A stretch of 64,000 bases of DNA from Scyliorhinus canicula. Its lineage: Eukaryota. Location: contig NC_052159.1 in NCBI RefSeq assembly GCF_902713615.1, positions 57,479,490 through 57,543,489 on the forward strand, read 5' to 3'. The position numbers and the translations under genes were made by a program. The notes under the pieces were generated by a model. It had not been told where the DNA came from, searched no databases, and was given only the letters and a program-made list of their open reading frames with translations. This document shows positions 25,410 to 38,409 of this stretch, one piece after another; the first letter of the stretch is position 1, and each line of letters begins with the position of its first letter.

Positions 25410-27592
25410 ATAGTCCCATCCTATTCATGTATTTGTCAAGACGTCCCTAAAATGTCTCTTTCGTACCTACTCCCACCACCTCCTCTGGCAGTGCATTCTC
25501 GGCACCCACTACTCACTGTGTGAAAAAGCTTCCCTCGCACCGTAAACCTATGTCCCCAATAATTGATTTTTCCACCCTAAGCATGCCCCTCATAATTTGT
25601 AGACTTTTATCAGGTCGCCCCTCAACCTCCGTCATTCCAGTGAGAACAAACCGAGTTATTCCAACCTCTCCTCGTAGCTAATGCCCTTGTGAACCACTTT
25701 TGTACCCTCTCCAAAGGCCCCACATCCTCCTGGTAGTGTGGCAACCAGAATTGAACACTATATTCCAAGTGTGGCCTAACTAATGTTCGAAAGAGCTGCA
25801 GCATGACTTGCCAATTTTTATACTCAAATGCCCTGACCGATGAAGGCAAGCATGCTGTATGCCTTCTTGACTACCTTCTCCTCCTGCGCTGGCACTTTCA
25901 GTGACCTGTGGACCTGTACACCCAGATCCCTCTGCCTGTCAATACTTAAGGGTTCTGCCATTTACTCTATCTTTCCCACCTGTATTAGACCTTCCAAAAT
26001 GCATTACCTCACATTGGTCCAGATAAAACTTCATCTGCCATCTCTCCGCCCAAGTCTCAAATCTATCTATATCCTGTTGTATCCTCTGACAGTTCTCATT
26101 GCTATCTGCAATTCCACCAACCATTTTGTCGTCCGCAAACTTACTAATCAGACCAGTTACATTTTCCTCAAATAATTTATATATACTACAAACAGCATAG
26201 GTCCCAGCACTGATCCCTGTGGAACATCGCTAGTCACAGCCCTTCCATCAGAAAAGCACCCTTCCACTGTTGCCCTCAGTCATGGTTGATCTGTTTTGTG
26301 TTTCGAATTCCACATTTCCATCTGCCCTGATAATCGTTGATTCCCGTGCCTAACAAGAATCTGTCTACTTCTGCCTTAAAAATCTTCAATGACCCCACTT
26401 GCACTACCTTCTGAGGCAGAGAGTTCTAAAGTCACAACTCTCAGAGAAAGAATATCAACTCATTTGTGTCCTAAATGGGTGACCCCTGATTTTAAAACGG
26501 CACTCCCTAGTTCTGGACTCGCCCACACTAGGAAACATAATTTCCACATCTACCTTGTCAGTACCATTCCAGGGTCTTGTATATTTCAACCAAGTCACCC
26601 TTCACTCTTCTAAACTCCAGGGGAAACAAGCCCAGTTTGTCTAACCTTTTTTCATAAAACAACCTGCTCATTCCAGGTATCAATGAAGTAAATCTCTGAA
26701 TCTTTTCCAATGTGTTTTCATCCTTCCTTAAATAAAGAGACCAGAACAGTATTTGAGATGTGGTCTTACCAATGCCCTATATAACTAAAGCATAACATCC
26801 TTCCTTTTATGTTCCATTCCTCTCATAATTAAGGATTGCATTCCATTTTTTATGGGCCAGGGTTTAGAAAACATCAAAGTATATCATGGAGTTCACCTGC
26901 CCCACAACTTTCTGGTTATGAGGAGCACAAGGGCTCACTTTCCAGGTGTGATGCAACAGAGATCTTAAGTATTTTTAAACAAAACAATGGTTATTTTATG
27001 AATCCAGTTAACATTTTATAAACACACAGTAAACATCTCATCAACTACCAACACAAATACCCCCCAAAGATAGTGTTCTATAGGTAACCCTTAATAACTT
27101 TCCTAACAACATCCATAAGCCAAACACCTTTTTTCTTCTACAAAACAGTAGGTTTGAATTCTTTACAGAAAACAAGTATTACTTTGAAGTTATCAAGTGG
27201 TCTGGAGACATTCTTTAGCATGCAGAGAGAGAGAGAGACCAAAATACAGCTTCCTTGTTTGAATGCAGCTCCCAACTGAAAACGAAACCAAAAAACTCAG
27301 AACCACAAAGCAGCTTCCAGCTCAAAACGAAAGTAAAAGACAGAATCTCAGCCCAGCCCCACCCACACAGTGACATCACTGCAACCATTTGATAAAACAC
27401 ACTTTTCTTAAAGGTGACATTTAAGACATGACATTTAACCTTCTTGATTATATGCTGCACCTGCATACCAACTTTTTGTGACTCATGCACTACAACCTCT
27501 CATTTCTTCAGCCGTTCCAAGCTTAAATAATACTGCTTTTTTTAATCATCCTACTAAAATTAATAACGTCTCATTTTCCCCACATTACATTC
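25410..27592 (-). mobile_element. Two CR1 3' fragments (25410-26280; 26280-27592), the second interrupted by a solo LTR (~26847-27433)
   Basis: ORFs 25622..25849 and 25939..26124 (RPHLEY, KCEVMHFG-like). The second element resumes at 33357-34360 beyond the L1. Confidence 0.85.
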
Positions 27593-27599
27593 CCATTTG

Positions 27600-30500
27600 A
27601 GTACTGTACTGCTCCCACTCGCGTACTGTACTTTTTGCCCCTTTTCTTGGTACCATGGATTGTTTATTCTTCGGAAACCCATTTAGTTATCGGAGTAACG
27701 GTCTTTTATGACTGAAATGCCCCAAATAAATCAAGGAAAGGAAAGCTGGGAGCAGAAACTTACTGATGGAGTCTGAGGCCTCTCTGAGATCAATGACAAG
27801 TAATATGGCGGAGTCGGTTTCTGGATCTCTCCACTAACGGCCAAGGTTCTTTCTAATACCTTGACGAAAGAATTTGAAAAGCACTGATAAATTGTGTCGG
27901 AAGACCTCAAAAATCAAGTGAAGAGGCTTTTGCCCTTATTTGAGCAGCTCTGGGACAAACTAATCAGACCATTAAAGTCCAAGGAGCCACGATCAAAAAT
28001 ACGGAGGTGGCCTTATTGGACCACAGCAATCTGATTACCGCGCCGGAATCTGAACTGATTTTGGTGACCGAAATGAATAGCCAAGATAAATGACCTAGAA
28101 AACAGATCCAGAAGGCAAAATATCTGGATTGTGGGAATTCAGGGTCCTATGCAGGTGGGGGGGTTTTCAGTTGGGAATGCTTCATGGGCATGTTCTGCAA
28201 AATGTTGGGTGAGGATAGTTTCACATCCCCTCCTGAATTGGACTGAGGCCCCGTCCTGAAGATCCACCGCGTATGGTGGTAGTAAGGTTCCATGGCTTAA
28301 AGGAGAATGTTTTACAATGGACACACGATGATTTTAAGTGGGAAGGCCACTCCATTAGATTCTATCAGGACATGAGTATAGAGTTAGCAAAGAGAAGGGA
28401 TATAATGTATATGAGTGGAGTCCGGTTGGGTTTGTCTGCCCGGCTCATCTCAGAGTAACCTTTGAGGAAAAAGACTATTTCTTTCATACGCTGGGAAAGG
28501 CGGAACAGAGACAAGTTGGCTGCGTTATAATTGGGTTTTTGGCTCTCAACAGGCATGTTGTATTGTTACGTTGTTGGGATTTCATGTTTGTTCTTGATTT
28601 TCTTGTTGGATTTGAGTTTTATAGTTTTTGATTAAAATTGGGGTTTTACACTATTGTGGGGTGCTGTTCATTATATTAATATGTAGGTTTTTTTCGGTGC
28701 TTAAGTTAAATAGGGTTTTGAAATTTTGTTCTTTATATCTACTTTTCTCTTTTTCCAACAGGCGTCTCCCTGCTAACTAAGGAGGTAGTTAACAGGAGCC
28801 GTTTTGGAGGGTTCACTGCAGTTCATTATAGTAGTGTTTTTTTTTAAAGATAATGAGCTTGGACTTCTTTTTTTTGTTTGGGTTTGTTAAACATTGGCTT
28901 TAGTATGATGGTAGGTTTGTTTGCCTGGCCCCTATTTGTACTTGGGTGTGGTCGTATTCAATGGCAATGGTGTTGGGGGAGAAGGGTGGGAGTAGTTTGC
29001 TGACGGTTTCTGTTGATCTTTCTTCATCCAGTCTTTTGACTTGGTTTGGTGGCCATCTTGGGTGGATCTATTTGCTTTATCTTTTAAGTATCCCTTGGTT
29101 AATCTCTCTTGGTGGAAATAGCTGACTCTGGATTGACGGGGAGTGGGAGACCTCCAATTCGTTTGGTCACCTGGAATGTTAGGGGTTTGACTATCCCAAT
29201 GAAAAGATTAAGGGCATTTGCTCATCTCAAGAGTTTAAACCCCGAAGTGTTTTTGCAAGAGACCCATTTGTAGGTCAGATATTAAACTAGGCTGCACAAG
29301 AGAAGGGTAGGGCAGGTTTTTCATTCCGGTTTCGATGGCAGGGTCAGGAGTATGGCGATTCTTGTTAATAAAAGGGTTCAGTTTTCTGCTTCTCATGATT
29401 ATAGCCAACCTCAATGGTTGACATGTTATTGTCTGTGGCTCCCTGGTGAACACCCCGATTTTCATGGTTAACATTTACCCCCCCCACCCAACTGGGATGA
29501 TACAAATGTTATTAATTCCCTGCTGGCCTCCCTCCCCAATTTAGACTTTCATCAGCTTATTTTAGGTGAGGACCTGAATTGTCTCCTTGACCCTAGATTC
29601 GATCATTCCAAGCCGAAATCTCTTGCACCGTTGAGGATGTCCAGGGCTTTGTTGTCTTTCATAATGCAGATGGGGCGTTAGATCGTTGGCGTTTCTTGCA
29701 CCCAGCGATAAAGTATTTTCTTTTTCTTCACAAATATATTGACACATTGATTTTTTTTGTTGTAGATATGTCTCTCCTCCCTTCAGTGGTGGCGGCTGAG
29801 TACTCAGCGATCGTTATTGTGGATCATACCCCGCACCATATTGATTTGTCGCTAGAGTCTGGCCCCATCCAATATCCACCTTGGAGATTAGACACAATAT
29901 TGTGGCATGGGCAACATGGTGTCTCAGTGGTTAGCACTGCTGCCTCACAACACCAGGAACCCCTGTTTGATTCTGATCCTGGGGGAACTGTCTGTGTGGA
30001 GTTTGCACATTCTCACCGTGTTGTGTGGGTTTCCTTCGGGTATTCCGATTTCCTCCCGCGGTCCAAAGATATGCAGGTTAGGTGGATTGGTCATGCTAAA
30101 ATTGCCCCCTAATGTTCAGAAGGTTAGATGGGGTTACTGGGTTACGGGAGAGGCCTAGGTAGGGTGTTTGTTCGGAGAGTCAGTGCTGACTCAATGTGCT
30201 GAATGGCCTCCTTCTGCACTGTGTTTCTATGATTCTATTGTTAGTGGATACAAATTTTGTGAACATGTGTCCGCTGCCATACATAACTATATAAAATTTA
30301 ATAAATCCGATTCTCTCTCACCTTCCATGTTATGCGAGGCTCTTAAGGTGATCCTCAGGGGGAAATGATCTCCTATGAAGCACATTTGTTGAGGACAACA
30401 AGGGAGGAGCAGCAGAAGCTCATGGACTGCACTCTTGAGGTGGATCACCAGTACTCACTTGATCCTCCTCCGGAGTTACTAGCAAGTAGGAAAAAACTGC

Positions 30501-31655
30501 ACAGTTCGAACTATTGTCGATTAGCAGGGCGGTAAGACAGTTACGATGATCAAGGGGTATGTTTATGAACACAGCGAGAAGGCCAGTTGCCTTTTGGCTC
30601 ACCAACTTAAACGGTAGGTCAATCCCAGGAGATCACCCAGAAACTTAATTCGAGCGGCAATCTAGTTTCCATCTCCTCAGCTTAATGCAGCTTTTGAACA
30701 TTTTTACCATGATCTTTATAGGAGAACTTCCTGCGGTTGGGTCAGTCATGTCTGACTTTCGTGTCGGCCTATCCATCCCAACAGTTGAGGTTGATAGGAG
30801 CAGTGAGTCGGAATCCCCGTTACCCCCTGATGAAATTTCAAAATTGATGCAATCTGGCAAAGCCCCTGGTCCGGATGGCTTTCCAATTGAATTCTACAAG
30901 ATTTTTTCAGAGCAGCTTGCACCTTTAATTTTGGACATGTTCAATGATTCCCTTTCCTGGGGTCGTTGTCCCTGATCCTCATTCAAGCTTCTATTTTATT
31001 GCCTCTTAAGAGGGACAAAGGTCAACAGAGTGTGGTTCATATCGTACTATCTTGCTTTTAAATGCGGGTGTCAAGCTGCTCGCCAAGGTGCTGCTGCTTC
31101 AGCTGGTGCCTTGCCTCCTAAATATAGTCTTGGAGGATCAATCATGCTTCATGTAGGGCTGCCAATTTTCGGCCAATATACATCACCTGTTAAATGTTGC
31201 CTTTCCCCCTCCCTCCTCAGTGTCCTAACCAGAGGTGATAGTACCTCTTGATGGTGAAAAGTCATTTGAAGTGTGGAATGGAAGTAGTTGAGATTCTTGA
31301 AGGTTTGGTTTTGGCCGCAAATTTATTTCTTGGATTTGTCTGTTGTATGAGGCCCCCATTGCCAGTGTTCGTAAGAACACCTTGAACTCTGATTATTTTG
31401 AATAGGGGCATGAGGCAGGGGTGTCCACTGTCCCCAATCCTGCATGCTCTGGCTCTATAGTGCTGAAGTCCTTCAGTAAGAGGAGGGTGGATTAGTTGGG
31501 GAGGGGTGGAACATCCAGTGGCCCTTTACGCGGATGAACCACTTCTTTATATTACGATCCAGCCCCTTCCATAGATGACATAATGAAGTTGTTTAACACC
31601 GTTGGCTCATTCTCTGGGTACAAATTGAACTTGGGCAAGAGTGAATGCTTCCCGG

Positions 31656-31686
<31 letters not shown>

Positions 31687-33298
31687 GAGAGATGAGCCCA
31701 ACTGGAGATGTTACCTTTCCGCCTTGCTAAGACAATTTTACGCTATCTGGGAGGCCGGGTGGCCCATAACAGGGACTCATTTCATACATTAAATTAGACC
31801 AGTTTGTTTAACAGCATCAAAGCAGATTTGCAGAGGTGGAACAACCTCTCCCTATCCTTGGCGGGCAGGGTTCAAACTATCAAAATAACATGCTCCCAAG
31901 GTTTTTATTTTTCTTAGTGTCTCCCCATTTTTCTCCCCAAATCCTTTTTTTCTCCCAAGGTCAACAAACAGATATCCTCTTTTATTTGGGTGGGTAAGAC
32001 TCCTCGAATCTGTGGTGTTCTGCTCCAAAGGGGGACACAGTCGGGGTGCTGGCCTTACCCAATTAATTGTTTTCTTACTGGGCACTTAACATTCAAAAAA
32101 TATTGTTGTGGTTTAGCGATCCCGGGTCCATTTGGGGACAAATCGGAGCTTGTTTGTGCACTACATCTAGTCTTCATGCAATAATTACTGCACATTGTCC
32201 TTTTCCCCTGCTAGATTTTCCACAAAGGTGGTCTCCTCCCTTAGAATTTAGAACCAGTTTAGACAGCATTTCAAGCTCCTTTCCATGTCTTCACTTGCCT
32301 CTATTTACAATAATCACCTCCTCCTACCTGTTGGTTTGGACTCGATATTTAAACATTGGAAGGTGAAGGTACAGGAGCGGCTTGGGGACCTGTTCGTGGA
32401 GGGGAGATTTGCCAGTTTTGGGGAGTTAGCTAAGAAATTCCAGCTGGCCAATTCCAGTTTTTTTGGGTATTTCCAAGTTCATGATTTTTCACGTAAAGCT
32501 TTTCCTTTGGCACCACCCTTTTCCTGATGAAGAAGACTCTATCACTGGCTAGGTCTGAGGTGGGACTATTTCAGAGCTATATGGTCATATCCTTTCAATG
32601 GATTCTGCTCTGTTGAGTGTGTGAGGGCGAAATGGGTCCCATTCTGAATGGTGAGGTGTGGGGTGAGGCCCTTCATAGGGTCAACTCCATGTCTTCATGT
32701 ACTCGGCTGAGTCTGATTCAGTTCAAGGTATTGTACAGGACGCACTTGACCAGAGCAAGGATGAGCAGGTTCTTCCCTGATTTTCCCTGATCTCTTGGGC
32801 CAACTAACCATACGCATATGTTCTGGTCCTGCCTCAAAGGCTTCTGGGCTTCATGCCATGTAAATTTGGAACAATGTCCGCTGGTGGCCATATTTGGGGT
32901 GTCGGGTTTGTCATTGATGCAGGATGGGGTAAAGGCAGATGTCCTTTCCTTTGCCTCATTGATATCCTGGAGGCAAATATTGCTTGGTTGGAGGTCTCCC
33001 ACTCCACCTAGTGCCTCTGCTTGGCTGGGCGCCTCAAAGTCATTTCTGCATTTTGAGAAGGTCAAGTTCACCAAAGGGAGTAAGTGGAGAGGTTCTATCT
33101 AAGATAGCAACTGTTTCTTTTCTTTCTTAAGGAGCTAATCAGTTGTTAGAGGACTGAGGTTAGTTTTTGTATTTAAGTTAATTAGGTGTGTGTTTTTCAC
33201 TTTTTTTCTTTTTGATTGTAATGTTTTGCCTTTTTTTCCTGTTTGATTGTTATGGGTTGTATTGACTATTATGAAAAACCTCTTAATAAACATTTTTT
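27600..33298 (+). mobile_element. Near full-length degenerate L1-clade LINE (ORF1 ~27720-28520; ORF2 ~29120-33100) with HE1-like SINE at ~29907-30236
   Basis: DLENRSRRQN ORF1 motif; TWNV/QETH endonuclease; KAPGPDGFP; RQGCPLSP; HMFWSC; AATAAA at 33285. Confidence 0.9.
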
Positions 33299-33356
33299 CC
33301 TTTTTCCAGATTCAAAAAAAAATGTTTATTAAGTTTTTCCTAATAGTCAATACAAC

Positions 33357-34360
33357 TACTTTTTGCTACTTTTCAATCTGATGTGAACTTTCCAGAATCT
33401 AATAAATTTTGTAATATCAGCACCAACACATCCACCAACTCATCAGCTACTTCTTTTAAGATCCTAAGATGAAGTTCATCTAGACTCAGACTTGTCATCC
33501 TGCAGTTCCTTCAGTTTGCTCAGTACTGCTTCCTTAGTGATTGTAATTTCACCAAGCTCCTCTCTCCCTTCAACCTCCTTTTTACAGCTATTACTGAATG
33601 TTTTTTGTATCCTCCTACAGTGAAGACAGGAGCAAAATATTTGTTCATTTCATCCGTTATTCCCTTATTATCTACATTTAACTCCCCATGGTAAATCTCT
33701 AGAGGACCAACACTTTGCTTATTCATTTCCTTTTTAAATAACTGTAGAAACTCTTGCTATCCATTTTTACATTTCTAGCTAGCTTCCTCCCGGGTTTTTA
33801 ATTTCTTCCTCCTTATTAACCTTTCAGTCATTCTCTGCCATTCTTTATCGTTTGACCAGTCATCTGACCCACCACTCATCTTTTGAGAAGTTATATCATT
33901 TTTATTTAAGTTTGATGCTTTCTTTAACTACTTTAGTTAACCATGATGGTGGGTCCTTCCCGTAAAATTTTCCTTTCATAATAAATATTATTCTGAGTAT
34001 TCTGAAATATCCCCTTAAATTTTTTGGCATTGCTTCTCTATTGATCTGTCCCCGAGCCTAGTATCCAAGTTCACTTTAGCTAACTCAGTTTTCTTGCCCA
34101 CATAGTTGCTCTAAATTTAAAATACTAGTCTAAGACAAACTCTTCTCGCTTTCAGACTTGATGTAAAATTCCATCATGTTGGGGTTGCTGTTACCTAGGG
34201 GTGCCTTCACTCTAAGGTTATTAATCCTGTCACATCACAATACCAAGTCTAATATAACCTGCTCTCTGGTTGGTGCAGAATGTGCTGCTCTATTGCAAAA
34301 GTATCCTATGGATTCCTCATCCAGGCTACGACTGCCAATCTGATTTTTCCAGTTTATATG
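33357..34360 (-). mobile_element. CR1 ORF2 fragment (upstream part of the element split by the L1)
   Basis: ORF 33520..33726 (GPLE...EMNKYF..VFT) is typical of CR1 ORF2. Confidence 0.75.
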
Positions 34361-35039
34361 CAGTGTTGCTCTTTCGGCACCTGAGTAAGGTTGCCAATTA
34401 ATAATGCTCTTTTTAATGAGTGGAATACTATCCCACCAGCGTCACCAATAATGTTGCCAATCGGCACCAATAATGTTGCCAAATTAACTAGATATGGCAG
34501 TTATTAATGATAATATTGCTTTTCAGAGTCGCCAGGTATCAAATGATACCACCACAAGGCTTTACCGGATATTGATCAAAGACCAAACAACCAGTTAGTC
34601 AGTTCAAGTTCAAAGATAGTTTATTTACACACAAGAATTACTTCGACATGCAACATAAAACACTACAAGTTAAACTACACCTAACAAATACAATAACCTA
34701 TACTTAACTTCAGGGCAACTGGCTGTTTGCAGCTGAACAAGGCCTTTGTTCGGATCTTGCGTGGCTGGGTAGAAGTGGCTTTGTTTCTGCTGGGCTCATT
34801 CGTCGGGTAGCGATCGTTGGTCTTGAACTTGTCTTCTGGTCGTAACGCTACACTTAGTTTTAGGCGTAGGCCGGGGCCTAGAGAGACCGAACACATGGCT
34901 GTGTCTCTTTTTATCCCTCTGGGTTTTTGCGCTCTTTGGGGCGGTCCTTAGCTTTGGACCCAATAATTCGACAGGCTTCAATCACTGCCTTCGATTTTGG
35001 CCAATAAAGGGGTGGGTGCTTTGATGGCTGGGCGTGTCC

Positions 35040-36487
35040 TTCAAACTTCCAACATCTCGGCCTTGGACCTCCTTTTGACTTGACGTTTCTGTATCTACTA
35101 CATCATCACCTCCATCTTTGATACCCTAGTCCCCAATAAAACCATTACTCTCGCCCTGGTTGTTCCCCCAGTACAATACTCACTCCACTCCCTCAAGGGA
35201 CACAGACTTGAACCGATATGGCAGACAGCTGATTTAGCCATTCACTGTCAAATGTGGCTGGACACACAATGCACAATTGCTCCCTGCTCTCATCTGTTGG
35301 ATGTGTTCACTATTCCAGAATAATTCTAGAATACACAAATAATTCCTACTTTATTTTCTCTACTGCAATTGTCATCTTATTTCCTCTCCCCTGTCTCCTC
35401 CACCTTCATCTCCAACAATTTGTGTGGACCTCATGGACTACCTTGTCACTAAGGTAGTGACCATTCAATCAGTTGTCTCTGCTATTTATCTCCCTCCTAC
35501 TACCCCACCGAGCTGAACTTTCTCTGCATCCTCACCTCTCTGCCCTACCCCTAAACTTGCATCTTTCTGTAATTTATCTGCCTTCTCTTCCCATGCCATT
35601 TCTGAACTCATCTTATACTTGGTCCGACACCCACCACTTGTTCGCTTAACCCTTTCCCATTAAATTGCTGACCACCCAACATCTCTTCCAGGCCCCGTAT
35701 TAGCTGACATTTCTAACAGTTCTCTTTCATCTTTAAATCTTTTCGTCTTTAAATCTGCCATTCCTCTCCACAAAGGAGTCTCGTCAAACTGCTTGCCATA
35801 TCTCCAACCTCCCTTTACTTGTAAGTCTTTGATTGTTGCCTACCAAATCCATGCCCTTTTCCTATCTGATATTTACTCCGGCCACTTTAACAAAATGCCT
35901 CAGCCTCGACCCAAATTACATCCTCTGTGGCTGTAATAAAGGTAAACTATCCCTCTTCATTCTTCTTGACCGTCTAAAACGTTTGACAGTGTTTATCACA
36001 TCATTCTCCTCCAACCCCTCCTCATGGTTATCCAGATGGTGAAACTGGTTCAATTCATGACTAATTGTAGCCAGATATCACTTGCGATGACTTTTCTTCT
36101 TGTTCCTTCACCATTTCCCTTGTTCCTCGGGATCTATGTATGGCCTGTTCCTTGCTCTTGTCTACAAGCTAACCCTCGTGACATTATCTAAAAACATAGT
36201 ATTTTTTTGCATGATTGCTGATGACATCCAGCTCTACCTCCGTCACATCTGTCCTGTCACTCCCACATTTGATTAAATCATCAGACTGCTTGTCCAACAT
36301 CTCCTTCCATAATTACTTCCATAATCTCTGTGCCTCTTTAAACACTCCTTAAAACCTACCTTTTTCCAACCTTTGGCCATCTGCTCTAAAATAGCCTAAT
36401 ATGGTTTGGCGTCAAATTTTGCTTTACTGTGAAGTGCCTTGGGATGTTTTATTATGTTACAGGTGCTTTATAAATACAAGTTGTTAC
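35040..36487 (+). mobile_element. Degenerate L2 LINE 3' part
   Basis: C-rich coding remnant with ADDIQLY at ~36217; tail gtgaagtgccttgggatg...ataaatacaagttgtt. Confidence 0.7.
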
Positions 36488-37204
36488 TTTGGTTATTTGC
36501 TCATGGAATTTTACTGTCCACAAATTGCTGTGTTTCCCGCCATGACATTAGTAACCACAACAAAGTATTTTGTTATTAAGTGTCTCTTTACACACGCAAA
36601 TAATGGGACCAAACACCGTTTGAGGCTCCCTTTACAGTGTTGGTTACCAGTAAAACCAGACATTGGGACAACTTCCTACCAAAAAGGTATGTTCTTGGCT
36701 ATTTTCTTTCCTGAATGTGAAGTCAAGGGGAACATGATTGCTACTCCCAATGCCACAATTAAAGAATGCAGTTTCCAGTCTCCCTCGCAACATAGACTCC
36801 AGTCCCATCCTGGGATTCTGATTCCTCTCTTCAGACCCACCAAATCGCCAGTCCGGTCTCTTCTCTCCCTCTGGCATCAGATGTTCCAACCCAACACTGC
36901 CCTCCCAAATTCTGTTCTCCCTAAACGCAGCCTCTCGCTGCCAAAACAAGCTCATCACTTTTGAGTGCCTCTGGGCCCTTTGCCTCCAGATTCATAGCAA
37001 AGCAAAATTGTGCTGCAAATAACAGTACTTGATGTTCCCATCATATTATATTAAATGGTGCCCCAAATTGATCCAAGAACTTGAAACTCTCAACACTCCA
37101 GTTGGTATCAGCAGATAGTTAATTTTTTCTCAGTTGATGTTCTGGAATATCGCAGTGTCATGAATCCACACTAGTCTTGATCACCCAGGAGCTCCCAGAA
37201 GGCT

Positions 37205-37870
37205 AAAAACCCTGTTAGAATTGAAAAGTAGGGAAGTTATGAAAAATCTGTATTGGACCTTGGTAAGATCATGTTTGTGAGTACTGTAAGCTTCTGGTCG
37301 CCATATTATAAAACGGACATAGAGGCACTGGAGAGGGTGCAGAGAAGATTTACAAGGGTGGCATCAGAAATGTGCAGGAATACATATCAGGAAAGCATTG
37401 ACAGATTGGGTATCATCTCTCTTGAAAAAAGAAAGTTCAGGGTGACCTAAATTAAGCCATTAAAATTATTAAAGTTTTTGATAGGGTGAATAGAGAGTGA
37501 ATGTTTCCACTTGTTAGGAAGAGGATAACAATTGCCATTGTTACAAAATAGTCACCAATAAATCAAATAGAGAATTCAGAAGAGGTTAAGAAACCCAAAG
37601 AGCAGTGAGAATGTGGAACTCACTACCACAGTAAGTGGTTAAAGTGTATTGTACAATTGCATTTAAGAGGAAGCAAGACAAGCATATGAAGGAAATATAG
37701 AGTATTACAGTGAATGATAGATTTAGGTGAGGAAAGATGGGAGGAAGCTTTAGTAGAGCATAAACACCAATATGGACTGGTTGGGCTGACTGGCCTTTGC
37801 CACATATCCTATGTATGTAGTTTGAGATGTCTTGATGTTGTTAAAGAAGCTATATAAATTAAAGTTGTTT
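37205..37870 (+). mobile_element. Old CR1 3' end plus L2/Deu-SINE-type tail abutting the last CENPJ acceptor
   Basis: ORF 37253..37450 (FWSPYY..DIEALERVQRRFTR); tail tttgagatgtc...gctatataaat.aaagttg at ~37821-37870. Confidence 0.7.
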
Positions 37871-37882
37871 CCTTCAATGCAG

Positions 37883-38078
37883 TGATGGTAACAAGATAAT
37901 TGAATTTATCAATGGACAAAGAGAAATACACACATCAAACTACAAAAGACGGGAGTACCCCGATGGAACTGTTAAAACAGTGTTTGCAAATGGTCAGCAA
38001 GAAACAAAATACAGCTCGGGAAGAGTAAGAATCAAAGACAAGGAAGGAAATGTAATTATGGACAGTAAACCCCAGTAA
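37883..38078 (+). CDS. CENPJ: CENPJ last coding exon, [64 protein letters not shown]
   Basis: ccttcaatgcag acceptor; phase 2 completes CT|T (Leu); TAA at 38076-38078; matches the CPAP C-terminus [13 protein letters not shown]...KDKEGNV. Possible ATTAAA poly(A) signal near 38128. Confidence 0.98.
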
Positions 38079-38409
38079 TTGTAAGTCTTTAAAATATAAA
38101 AGTCCACTGTATCTGAACATTGGTTTAATTAAATGTATTTACACAGAATCTAGCATTGTACTATATAACTATATTTCATATGTTAGTAAATTGTCTTTTT
38201 TGTTTGTTTTCTATATGTAAATACTTAGTATTAGAACAATTGAGGTTTAACATAAATCAAAGTGTCTGTGACAAAATTATGATATGGAAGTTTAAATCTT
38301 TATAAAATCGTTGTCTGTTATACACTGTGAGATCATCATTCTTTAAGTTAATCTGCAATTGCATTTGATAAAGTGAACCAAATAACGTAGACCCCACTGT
38401 AAAGCTTCT

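Noticed and set aside
34443-34482. Direct repeat caccaataatgttgccaa x2 as a CRISPR-like or regulatory array
   Set aside because: Only two copies 22 bp apart, no spacers, eukaryotic context; a simple local duplication.
34510-35040. Possible additional LTR-like repeat (also ~45790-46030)
   Set aside because: I could not define both termini or a TSD by eye, so it is not called.
36401-36964. 187-aa plus ORF and 104-aa minus ORF in the last CENPJ intron
   Set aside because: The plus ORF starts inside an L2 tail; neither has a recognisable domain or splice support.
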